Source: Octopus sinensis
Taxonomy: Eukaryota
Reading direction: 5' to 3'
Assembly (NCBI RefSeq): GCF_006345805.1
Contig: NC_043009.1
Location: forward strand, 18,538,001 to 18,602,000
Length of the DNA stretch: 64,000 bases
The position numbers were made by a program, and so were the translations under genes. This document shows positions 52,539 to 64,000 of the stretch, piece by piece. The notes under the pieces were generated by a model, which saw only the letters and a list, made by a program, of their open reading frames with translations, was not told the origin of the DNA and made no database searches. The stretch's first letter is position 1. The number at the start of each line of letters is the position of its first letter.

Positions 52539-53440
52539 TTCTAAGTTTATCTAAGGGAGACTACGGCAGCGATACTTGCCAGACTGGCAAGGGGAAGCGG
52601 CTGACCTCCACTGTTCGAAGGTTATAATGGACACAGGTTCATGTGTCACATAGCTAGCTAGAGGCGATAGCCTCTTGAAGCTAATCAACGGCAGCATTCG
52701 TCCTATTTTTCTGGACTGCTATGTTAGCTTGGCGATAACTGTTAATACCGGGTACCGCTGCCGTAGTCTACCTTAGAGAAACTTATAAGTATTAATATTT
52801 CTATTTTTGAAAACCAGTGGATGTATTCCACTGAATTGAGGTAAATAATCCTTCGAACAGACGATCAGTAGCGACACCTGCCTGGTTCGGCTGCTCTACA
52901 ATGATAAGGGGCAGATACCCTGAAACTAGTCTGTACATGCCAGACCGACAAGGTGAAGCGGCTGACCTTCCCTTTTTGATGGTTATAATGGACACAGGTT
53001 CGTGTGTCACATAGCTAGCTAGAGGCGATGGCCTCTTGGAGCATTGTCCTATTTTTCTGGACTGCTATGTTAGCTTGGCGATAACTGTTAATACCGGGTA
53101 CCGCTGCCGTAGTCTACCTTAGAGAAACTTATAAGTATTAATATTTCTATTTTTGAAAACCAGTGGATGTATTCCACTGAATTGAGGTAAATAATCCTTC
53201 GAACAGACGATCAGTAGCGACACCTGCCTGGTTCGGCTGCTCTACAATGATAAGGGGCAGATACCCTGAAACTAGTCTGTACATGCCAGACCGACAAGGT
53301 GAAGCGGCTGACCTTCCCTTTTTGATGGTTATAATGGACACAGGTTCGTGTGTCACATAGCTAGCTAGAGGCGATGGCCTCTTGGAGCATTTGTCCTATT
53401 TTTCTGGACTGCCATGTTAGTTTGGTGATAACTATTAATA
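52539..53440 (+). repeat. Tandem array (361/346-bp units) with variant hammerheads and an inverted 5' piece
   Basis: Units start at 52578, 52939 and 53285. 52539-52575 is an inverted copy of 52752-52788. HHR-like motifs at 52897-52935 and 53243-53281: UACA/UGUA, AUGAUAA, GGGG/CCCU, GAAAC-UA-GUC. Confidence 0.75.
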
Positions 53441-53494
53441 TATATATTATGTGTGTGTGTATGTATGATTGTTATATTTCATTGATAACATGAT

Positions 53495-53808
53495 GTGTGG
53501 AGGCACATGGCCTAGTGGTTAGAGCAGCGGATTCGCGGTCGAGGGATCGCGGGTTTGAATCTCAGACCGGACGATGTGTGTGTTTATGAGCGAAGCACCT
53601 AAGCTCCACGCGGCTCCGGCAGAAGGTAATGGCGAACTTCTGCTGACTCTTTCGCCACAACTTTCTCTCACTCTTTCCTCTTGCAGCTCACCTGCGACGG
53701 ACCGGCGTCCCGTTCAGGTGGGGAACCTATACGCCAAGAAACCAGGAAGTGTGAGTTGTGAGAGGTGTAGATGAGCCAGGCATGGCTCGAGTAGGAACAA
53801 ACAACAAA
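53495..53808 (+). mobile_element. tRNA-derived SINE with 15-bp TSD
   Basis: A box TGGCCTAGTGG; B-like GGTTTGAATC; (CAAA/CAA)n tail; CATTGATAACATGAT at 53480-53494 and 53809-53823. Confidence 0.85.
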
Positions 53809-54935
53809 CATTGATAACATGATAGGTTAGGTAGGATGATGTCCATATTACAATATTACATTAACCAATAATATGCTGTGCATGTATAGTAATATTACGA
53901 TCATGAAATTAGTATTAGCTTATCTCACTCTTTCTCGCGGAACCCCTAGGAACCTTTTGCAGAACCTTAAGGCTCCGGGGAATCACGGTTAAGAAACGCA
54001 GATGTATGTAATATATGTATATATGTATGTTTGTAATGTAAGTATGTATACATGCATGCACTAGTCACAGAAATGCTAAGACTGGTCCCCGAGGGAACAA
54101 TAAGCTCACTGAGAATGAGGGACCCCTGATCCTTGTCAAGGCATCCTTCTAGAAGAATGCTAACTCGTATGTGCCGTATGCATGCATGCATTTATGTATG
54201 TATGTATGTATGTATGCATGTATGTACGTATGCATGTATGTCTGTTGATCAGGTGAAAAACTAATAACCAGACATACGCTTATGGTAACGACTTAACCCA
54301 GTATAACCTGTGCTGAGCGGGACATAGGAGGCTAAATTGGGAATTCCATAGGTCTTGCTTGGTGAAGAGGGACACACTGCGTGATATAAACAAAACCAGT
54401 TAAAATGCAGACGAACTCAAGAAAGTCAACAACCATCTAAATTTATACAGTGTATATGCATATATAGTATATTTATAATGCACATAAATGCATATGAGAT
54501 GATACTCTCACATGAAACATCCTACAGTCTTCGGTCTTTCTACCTTTCTGAGGGCACATTTCGAATAAACGAAATTTGATGTACAGTTGCAAGTTTGCAG
54601 TTTCAGAACTCATCACAAAGAACCACTCGAAGTGTCATTTTAGCGCAAAAGGCAGTCATTCTTCATAGGGAGTCGACAACCACTATGTATGTATGATTTT
54701 TCTTTGAGTATTATTTACGTTCTTGAGAGAGTTCAAGCCGGTCGCAAATAAAGCGACAAGACTATTTTAGGGAAGAGAGTTCCTGTGCATATGTGGTTGA
54801 GTTGAAGTGTTGGTAGAATCGTTGATGCACACATCAGAAGGAGAATTTTTGGAAAGTCTTACAAATCTTCACTGTATGCATGTATATATGTATGCAAGTA
54901 TACATATGTATGTTCATAAGCATGAATATATATGC

Positions 54936-54984
<49 letters not shown>

Positions 54985-55795
54985 TGTCTATACATACATA
55001 TATATATAATGTTTTGTATGTATGCATACATGCATGTGTATACGCATGTATACATACGTATCTATCTATCCTTCATCGACGCATACTGGAGGAGGTAAAC
55101 CTCGACGAAAAATCGGTGCTCTTCAGATGCAACCCTTTGCAAGAAGGAATTTCTGTGCACCAGCTCACCATCGCTGTTAGAAATGCAGTGGAACAATGAT
55201 TGGTCTGTTGGAAACCTGTAACTAAAGACACTTGTTCTCAACCTAGGAAATTTTTAGAAAGCAAAATTGGTAAATGGTTGCAAAGAAGTTTCGAAACCCA
55301 ATCGCGAAATCGACTTGCAGGCCTAACGGGCGAAGCTTAATATCAAAATATTCTGTCGTCTACTCTCCTATTCCATTTCACTACCTTGATATCATCGCTT
55401 CAAAATTTATCTTCTAGCTAGAGGGAGAGCCTGCACGCCACGACTCAGCACGCTAGAAATAACTGCTAAATCTTGCTTACAACGCATTAAATTATATGTT
55501 TTAGAAATTTATTTAAAATATAAAAACAGTCACGGTTGGATTGCTTTTACATATATAAATTTTCTTAATTTCAAACACAAACTCTCTCATGATCAATTTG
55601 ACATCACACGATCTCATCCAGTCACTAATCTTCTACTATAATAATACTCTTCTATTTTTCTCCGTCACAAAATATGAATGAGAAAGGAAGTGGTGATAGA
55701 GGAATTAGGGAAGAAGGGGTCATGGCAAACTAGTGGTGGGAGCCTTTCAACTCTGTGTCAGTATATGTGTGTGTATGTAAAAGGGAGATGTATGA

Positions 55796-55826
<31 letters not shown>

Positions 55827-56130
55827 ATGGAAGTGGGATGGTGAACATTCAACGCTGAAAAGAAAAATTAAACAGTGTTTCAACTCTGTGTGAGTATATG
55901 TGTGTATGTGTATAAGCGAAGTGTGTGAACCAGTGTTCTTTCAGTAAGAAACGATTATCGATGTCACATCTCAAAAGACGACTACGAGATAACATTGACA
56001 AGTGTATTAATTTGATTTACCATCCATATTTATATATAAAATACAACAATTTGCCGTCATCTTTGACGGTACGGGGTCAGCTAGTATTTATATATTTTAC
56101 TACGTTTATCCAACTTAGAAACTCCATCTT

Positions 56131-56163
<33 letters not shown>

Positions 56164-57167
56164 GCTTGTCTGTCTATCCCTCTGTCAGTCTCTCTCTCTT
56201 TCTCTCTCTCCCTCTCTACTCTACTCCCCTGTTTATGTCTCATGCGTGCATGGGTGTAGTTTTGTGTTTGTGTGTCTGACAGCAGTTAATTGTTGGAGGG
56301 AGGGAGAGAGAGACAGAATCAAAACCAAAGCTGTATACACACGCCTGTACTTTCAGTTGGCTGCTGTGATATTGCAGTTGCAGCCTACAAACTGATGGGA
56401 GATAACAAATGAAAATATGCATGAATTTTGAAAAAAAATCATATATTAATACAAAATAAACAGATTTACAATAATAATACTTGAAAAATTTTAAGTATTA
56501 TACATTCTAAATAAATGTTTGGTAATTATTACAAAATATTAAATATCTAATTAAATAACACTATAAGCACAGATCTTTACGCAAATTAGATAACCTTTAA
56601 TGAGTATTCTGAAGTATTTTATGAGTATATATACAGATTGGAAATACTCTGTATTGAAGTCCGTTCCTGCTAAGCCGATTTAGCCTCTTTCATCTTCCCT
56701 TGGTGTACCTCTTCTAATTTACTAAAGGCACTCTAAGGCTTTTGTAATACTGTTGTATTACGATAGCATAGGCTTACGTGTACTTCTCATACTGACTTAC
56801 TTGAAGACACTGTTCTACTGCATGGGCTTTAGCTACTATGGTCTGTGCTTAGCAGGGTCCCTTGACTTCTTTTTTTAACCATAGCACGAATAGTTTGATA
56901 TCTCTCTACATTTTTTGCATTACCGAGCTTTCTAAATAGTAATATACATAAATTCTCAGACTTTGTCGCAGTTGAAAATGCAAGGTGACATGTAATGAAA
57001 GGATTACACGTCGTACACAATGGCTACTCACTTTTCATTCTCTATCAAGTGTCATTCATGCGAGTATCAAGAAATGCATGTTTTGAGAGTGGGTGGCACT
57101 GGTTGAGGTCGAAGACGACTGTATTCAGAAATCTTACACAAACGCACAGAAATCAAGCACGAATCCG

Positions 57168-57202
<35 letters not shown>

Positions 57203-57894
57203 TCATACACACACATATATACATATGTCGACGGAAGTATCAAACATGCATTTTACTCTATTTTTTGCTTTTTTACAAAAAAAGTTTCTTCGGACTCCCA
57301 TGCATTTAATACCTATACTTGGTAACACCTGATACTTTGGTGGAGTTTGGCTGAGGGGAACGGGGAAAACTTTGCTACAATATTCCTTATTTCAATAGGG
57401 CAGGGATTGTTGTTTCGAAAGTCGGGAAAGAAGGTGATTTAAACATTTTAAATGTTGGCAAAAATATATTTTTTAGAGATTTGGTTGTTATTTCTAGCAT
57501 ATGGGGCGATCAGATTAAGGTTGCTCTCATCTGGTCTAAGGTTAGAAAAGCTTTAACGCCTGCGCAGATGAGCGGTACAGAGGTGTATATATGAGGGGAT
57601 TAGGGGTAATATTCCGAAAGCCCAGAGAAAATAGGGTAGATTTGAAAAAAATAAAATTGAAAGTGAGTTGCTTTTAAATGAGAATACCATAACATCTCTA
57701 TTTTACGCACACGCAATTTCAGACATGGAAAAACTTTTTTAATGGTTTTCGAGACAAACTGGGAATCTGAAAGCACTGTTGGAAAAGGAGAACATAAATA
57801 AATAAATGTGGGGGAAAGGCGCAATCGATATTTCTGCTTATACGAGGTGGTACCCAAAAGAAACCGGAATTTTGCGATATTATTTTATTCACTT

Positions 57895-58475
57895 GAGGCG
57901 GCGAGCTGGCAGAAAAGTTAGCACGCCGGGCGAAATGCTTAGCAGTATTTGTCTGCTGCTATGTTCTGAGTTCAAATTCCGCCGAGGTCGACTTTGCCTT
58001 TCATCCTTTCGGGGTCGATTAAATAAATACCAGTTATGCACTGAGGTCGATGTAATCGACTTAATCCGTTTATCTGTCCTTGTTTGTCCTCTCTGTGTTT
58101 AGCCCCTTGTGGGTAGTAAAGAAATTGGTATTTCATCTGCTGCTACGTTCTGAGTTCAAATTCCGCCGAGGTCGACTTTGCCTTTCATCCTTTCGGGGTC
58201 GATTAAATAAGTACCAGTTACGCACTGGGGTCGATATGATCGACTTAATCTGTTTGTCTGTCCTTGTTTGTCCCTTCAGTGTTTAGCCCCTTGTGAGTAG
58301 TAAAGAAGTAGGTATTTCGTCTGTCTTTACATTCTGAGATCAAATTCCGCCAAAGTCGACTTTGCCTTTCATCCTTTCGAGGTCGATAAATTAAGTACCA
58401 GTTGCGCACTGGGGTCGATCTAATCGACTGCTCCCTCCCGCAAAATTTCGGGCCTTGTGCTTTGAGTAGAAAAGA
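57895..58475 (+). mobile_element. tRNA-derived SINE with three tandem body units (family of 16690)
   Basis: Same head and the same AAAGAA(A)T(A/T)GGTATTTC unit junction as the 16.7k copy. Confidence 0.85.
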
Positions 58476-58489
58476 TCATTTTATTCGCT

Positions 58490-59230
58490 TAGTTTTACAT
58501 GTTTACACTTTTATCGCCTTCAAAGTATTCTCCATTTGAAGTAATGCTTCAGTGCAGACGCATTTTCCACTCGAAGTAGTGCTGGAACTCTTGCGAAGCG
58601 ATGCCTCTAACACCTCCGTTGTTTTTTTTTTTTCTTCGCCTCTTCCGCATCCGGAAACTCTGTAGCACCAGCTTTCATCCCCAGTGTTGACCTTCGAAAA
58701 AAGGTCCAGATCGACTTCCAATTGCTTTTGATCTTCTTTGAACAAGCGAGACACATATTTTTCTGCAACTCTTTCATTCGCAATTCCTCGCTCGACACAC
58801 ATCAACAAGTTTGTCAATTGTTTGGTGACGGTCCTCCAAGATCAGTTCATGATATTTTCGTGATATTTTCATGATATTTTCCTTCGTTCAGGAAGTCGAC
58901 GCTCGCCCTGAACGAGGTTGGTCCTCAAGCGACAAGCGACCCATTCCTAAAGCGTGACAACCACTCGTAAACGTGTTTTGCTCATGGAATCGGTCCAATA
59001 AGTTCTTTGAAGCATGACAACTGCTTCGGCCGCCGTTTCTCCCAGCTGAAACAGAATTTCACGAAAGTACGCTGTTCCTTCGTTTCAGCCATCGCAAAAA
59101 CCGACGAACGGGGGAGAAGCACTGCAAAACAAAGACGCACCCCAGGACAGTGCAACTGCGTTCGACAACACCGATGGGCAGACTGATGCCTGAGGGTCGC
59201 ATCAAGTAGCTTTTAGCGGCGGAAGCCTGA
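58490..59230 (-). mobile_element. Internally deleted mariner
   Basis: ATG at 59092 (MAETKEQR..VKFCFQLG), EDQPRSGR, then TGDESWCY joined to the C-terminal KKKTTEVL...NGEYFEGDK. Confidence 0.85.
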
Positions 59231-59304
59231 ACTACAACAGGTTTGTCTCACAGAAAACGTTTTCAGTTACTTTTGTGTACCCCTTCGTATGTGCGTGGGA
59301 GGCG

Positions 59305-59349
<45 letters not shown>

Positions 59350-59624
59350 AGAGGGATAACAGACAGACAGACAGACAGAATTAATCCACACACGCATGCA
59401 TAACACAGACATACCAACGTATATGCCAACTACTGCCTACCTATAACTGGCTGAATGATTAGAGCGTCGAGTAAAAATCTCCTGTAGAATTCCTCCCCAT
59501 CGTCCAACTGGAATCTGAGTTCAATACCACCAAGGTCAACATTGACTTTCAATGTTAGGGAGTCGAAAATAAACTCTCAACGCTATACTAGAGTACATCT
59601 CTCTCTCGTTTTCCCTCTTTCTCC

Positions 59625-59664
<40 letters not shown>

Positions 59665-59668
<4 letters not shown>

Positions 59669-60170
59669 TCGACCTCGGGACTTATTCTTTTGTAAGCCCA
59701 GTACTTATTCTATCGGTCTCTTTTGCCGAACCGCTAAGTTACGGGGACATAAACATACCAGCATCGGTTGTCAAGCAATGCTAGGGGGGGACAAACACAG
59801 ACACACAAACACACACACGCATATATATACATATATACGACGGGCTTCTTTCAGTTTCCGTCTACCAAATCCACTCACAAGGCTTTGGTCGGCCCGAGGC
59901 TATAGCAGAAGACACTTGCCCAAGGTGCCACGCAGTGGGACTGAACCCGAACCATGTCGTTGGTAAACAAGCTACTTACCACACAGCCACTCCTGCGCCT
60001 ATATATATAGGCGCAGGCGTGGGTGTGTGGTAAGAAGCTTGCTTCTCAACCACATGCTCCCGGGTTCAGTTCCATTGCGTGGCACCTTGAACAAGTGTCT
60101 TTCTACTATAGCCTCGGCCCGACCAAAGCCTTGTGAGTGGATTTGGTAGACGAAAACGGAAAGCGCGTCG
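59665..60170. mobile_element. Two SINEs head-to-head around a (TA)n hub
   Basis: Minus copy 59665-60000 and plus copy 60009-60170; hub CCTGCGCCTATAT|ATATAGGCGCAGG. Confidence 0.85.
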
Positions 60171-60243
60171 TATATATATATATATATGTATGTATGTATG
60201 TATGTGTGTGTGTGTGTGTGTGTGAGTGTGTGTGTGTGTGTGT

Positions 60244-60273
<30 letters not shown>

Positions 60274-60277
<4 letters not shown>

Positions 60278-61290
60278 AGCTGGTGGACCCGGTAATTCCT
60301 GGGGGTAAAGATGTCCTATTGAAACGCCTTATTACTCTGATATAAGAAAGCTATTTCGTTATAACTACCACAAAAGGTGTATTTTCTGTCACGAAAAAGT
60401 TCAAAAAACTGTTAGCTGGAGGAGGGAGAGATTGTTGGATGTTGGCGAGAGGCAAAGACATTATTCTGCTTAGCAAAGACATCTAGGAAATGTATAACTG
60501 CTGTCATTCACAGAAAAACTATTGTTTTACCGTGAGAAAAGCGCTATTAAGTGAAATTTGGCAATCGAAGATCGAATCTACGCTATGCCTGCATGAAGCC
60601 ACTACAAATACGTTGTGGAATAAAAAATGTGTCTACTGTCATGGAAAAAGTGTAAATGCAGAATTATCGAAGTAATGGGCATTCAAAAAAGTATGTATGT
60701 ATAGAAATGTATGCATGAAGTCTTTAATATTTAAGATTCAAATTAAGGAAGTGCAATAATTATGTTTAGCAGTTCAAAACCGTGAGTAGTGAAATGCAGA
60801 ATTAGGTCGGCTGATCGTGAGAATCAAATATTGGTAGCTTCGCTAAAATCTGCAGATGGTATGAGTTATTTCCCTTGGATTGTTTAAGTAAAATATTAAT
60901 AATATGTAGTAGATAGAAGGATCCACTGGAAGGGCCCTATTATCGAATTTTTATTAACAATCTAAGTATGTCACGTGGTTGCCAGGCGTGGGTTCTACTC
61001 ACGTGTCAAAAAAAGTATAAAAGTGATATTGTCTTCAAAAATTAGAAATAGGACACACAAAAAATCAATATTCAAAGTAATCGAACATAAACAATGACTT
61101 GGGTTATTTCCCTTAAGTGTTTAAAAAATATTTGGGTGTTTTTTTTTCAACAATGTTACGAGGTTTCCAGACATGAGTTCCACTCACGTATCAAGTTTCA
61201 CCAAAATCAATAAAACGATGTAGGAGGAGTTAGATAACAACGCCACAAACAAACACACACCGATATACACCGAAAATCGGTGTATATATA
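60274..61290 (+). mobile_element. Helentron-like non-autonomous element, second family
   Basis: 5' TACTAGCTGGTGGACCCGGTAATTCCTGGGG; 3' hairpin TATACACCGA-AAA-TCGGTGTATA after an (AC)n tract. Confidence 0.5.
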
Positions 61291-61319
61291 TATATACACG
61301 TGTGTGTGCGCGCATATTC

Positions 61320-61910
61320 TTTTATTTTTTACTTGTTTTAGTTATTTGAAGGCGACCATGCTGGAACACGACCTTGAGAGGTTTTAGTCAAGCAAATCGA
61401 CTCCAGAACTTTTTAAAAGCCTAGTACTTATTCTATCGGTGTTTAAGCCGAACAGCTAAGTTACGGGTACGTAAATACACCAGCACCGGTTGTCAAGCGT
61501 TGATGAGGGGACAAACACAGATACAAGGTCACATACACACACACACATATACGACGGGCTTCTTTCACTTTCTGTCTACCAAATCCAATCATAAGGCTAT
61601 AGCAGAAGACATTCAACCAAGGTACCACGCAGTGGGACTAAACCCGAAACCATGTGGTTGGGAAGCAAGCTTTTTACAACACAGCTACCCTTGCATATAT
61701 ATGTTTTATCTTGTACTTGCGTCAGTTATTAGCCTGCGGCCGTGTTGGAGCACTGCCTTGAAGAATTTTTAGCCGAATGAATTGACCCCAGTACTTATTT
61801 TTTAAAAGCCTGGTACTTATTCTATCGACCACTTTTGAGATTGTTAAGTTACGATGCCGTAAACACACCGACACCGGTTGTCAAGAGGTGGTGGGAGACA
61901 AACACAGACA
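61320..61910 (-). mobile_element. Two diverged SINE copies (family of 32979)
   Basis: Minus-strand body motifs TACTTATTCTATCG, GCTAAGTTACGG and ACCGGTTGTCAAG appear twice. Confidence 0.7.
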
Positions 61911-62366
61911 CACATATCCACCTGCCCACCAACTAACTATTTCTTCAGACTCTGTTTTATCCAGAAATGACTCTAACGAAAGTAGCAGTAATTTATTGTT
62001 GGTCGTTTAATTTACCTCAATTGATCAATAGACCAGTTGAATAAACCTATCACTAATGTATCGATAATGACTACTGGAAACAGTTGTAAGCGAAATTTAC
62101 TCTAATAATGGAAAAATATGTAATGACCATATTTTATTTGTGTACTGGACATTTTCAATGTTTTGCTATTGAACATTTTGTAAAACAAAAAAAAAATTGT
62201 GCATGTTCATTTATGTTGTGATTACATTTTTTTTTTTGAGTTGTCATACTTTGTGCCACATCTTGTGGGTTATCGGTAGCCATCTTGCTTCTGGCGCCAC
62301 AACAATCTTTCTATTTTTGTGCTTCCGCACTCGAGGGGGAGACTTGTAGTGACGCCTGGTTCCAAA

Positions 62367-62450
62367 CGCCATTTTGGGATTTTCATCCACGCATGCGCAA
62401 GGATTAGTCTTCCGGAAGGCCTACCGGAAGTCCCTTATGCACATGCGCAG
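62367..62450. promoter_or_regulatory. Housekeeping-type promoter motif cluster (YY1, NRF1, ETS/GABP)
   Basis: CGCCATTTT 62367; CGCATGCGC 62390; CTTCCGGAAG 62409; ACCGGAAGT 62423; GCACATGCGCAG 62439; set in a CpG-rich island in AT-rich DNA. Confidence 0.5.
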
Positions 62451-62766
62451 TCATCAGCAGCAGCTAGACTTGACCGCTATTCTCTCTCTTCGCTCCGGCC
62501 GCCAACCGAGACGGATGCAACTGGGACCAGCTATGTGGAACTGGAATTCTGATGGCGAGCGACGTTGCGAGTCTGTGAATGCCTTCGTATTTTGTGTCTG
62601 ACTACTAACTCTGCTGCTTCCACCCACAAGGCGACCAGGCTACCGATGTCCAGAGATGAAATGCTTATTTCGGCGAAATAAATTATTATTGTTATTTGTT
62701 CAGAGATTCTTATCCGCACTATTTTCCTTTCTACAACTCTGTAAGGAATTGTGAGGCACCCAACCA

Positions 62767-63940
62767 GTGCCAACCTCACTTCCTACAAATTCAAACAAAA
62801 GGAAAAATGAAAAGATAGTTAATAACCAAGTTCAAAATTCTCTTATAGTTAATAGAAATGAGGATGTAGTATTCTTTAATAAAATCTCAAATTCTTTTAA
62901 TATAAAAACAACTAAAAGATTTAAAGATGAAATAAACGCTAACTTTAATATGGATCGAAATCAGAGAATACTTACTCCTTCGAAAAACGGGTTTAAACAT
63001 CAAGATTATGATTTTAACTCGAAAAACACTTTATGGCTAATTATTCCATTTAGTAAACAAGTAAATTATGATTTTTCCAAATTGTTCAATATAGCAATTG
63101 AAAAATATTTTCCAATAAATGATAGATATCATAGAATTTTTAATAAACATAAGTTCTACATAGTTTATTGCAACAGCAAAAATATTGCACAAATTATAGC
63201 AACACATAACGTAAAAGTAATATCGAGATTTCAAAAAGGCTATTCTAATCAGAATAGCTTAGTAAATATTCAGGATAATTATATCAAATGGAATAAAAAT
63301 AAAATTCAAATAGAAGAGAACTCTAAGAATTTAAAAGCCGCTGAAAGGGAAATAGCCCAGTATAACAGAGTTAATAACGTTGTATCGAATAAAAAGCCAG
63401 CTTGAAATAGAACAAAGATAACGTTATCCAAAACAATAAATAGTAATAAAGAACTTTATAGAAATGAATTTGATTTTACCATGAATGATCGAATTAAAAC
63501 TAAATCTGAGAGAAATATAAAAAAATTATCTTTGCAATTGTTCTAAATGGGAATTCTGTTATATGAAAAACAAATGTAAGACTAAATATGTAATATATAG
63601 ATGTTAAGTTACATGTGAGGGTAATGAATACTTTTACATTGTGCAACATCACTAATTTTCAAGAAGAGACTGGCAAATCATTTTTAGTTCATTTAGAGAT
63701 AAAAATAAAAGATTCCAAACAAGTCTTAGTAAATTAATCTGGTTTATTAAAGACAGAAACAAATACTATACGATCAATTGGGAATTAATTTGTACTGAAA
63801 AACCATACAGACCTGGAACTAAAAAAATTGTGACCTATGTTGAGAAGAATTTTACCAAATTTTTATATCTAAGAGTAATGTAGTAAATTCTAGACAGGAA
63901 CAAACTTTGAGATGCGTGCACATGAATAGAATGTTTTCAA
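62767..63940 (+). pseudogene. Penelope-like linker + GIY-YIG endonuclease with no recognisable RT
   Basis: NTLWLIIPFSK...IIATHNVKVI; VIYRC...FYI; SFRDK...TSLSKLIWFIKD...INWELI...CDLC...VNSRQE...CVH; stops and frameshifts. Confidence 0.8.
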
Positions 63941-64000
63941 ATAATGGACTATAAGTGATTATACGTTCAAAACTTGAATTGAAGATAGTTCGCGTCTAAC

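Overview
AT-rich, microsatellite-saturated eukaryotic DNA, probably intergenic or intronic. The SINE families and the (TA)n/(TACA)n/(GATA)n load suggest an octopus genome; this is inferred from recalled repeat sequences, not a search. No host protein-coding exon could be supported, and most ORF-track entries are microsatellite translations. The window holds many mobile-element remnants: four mariners, a hAT, a piggyBac, a probable MULE, a Gypsy integrase with PPT/LTR, RTE ends, Helentron-like non-autonomous elements, many tRNA-derived SINEs, and the 5' half of a LINE whose ORF1 has a Myb/SANT-like domain plus two CCCH fingers. The dominant hidden structure is Penelope-like (PLE). There are four PLE ORF remnants and about eight unrelated sequence families carrying minimal type I hammerhead ribozyme (HHR) motifs, folded by hand. 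Seven motifs have intact cores and several have variant cores; nearly all have a self-complementary stem III. They occur as tail-outward inverted repeats, tandem arrays (505 and 346 bp) and a tRNA-headed SINE-like element, all set in (TA)n tracts. Non-ORF coordinates are by eye; fuzzy ends are approximate.
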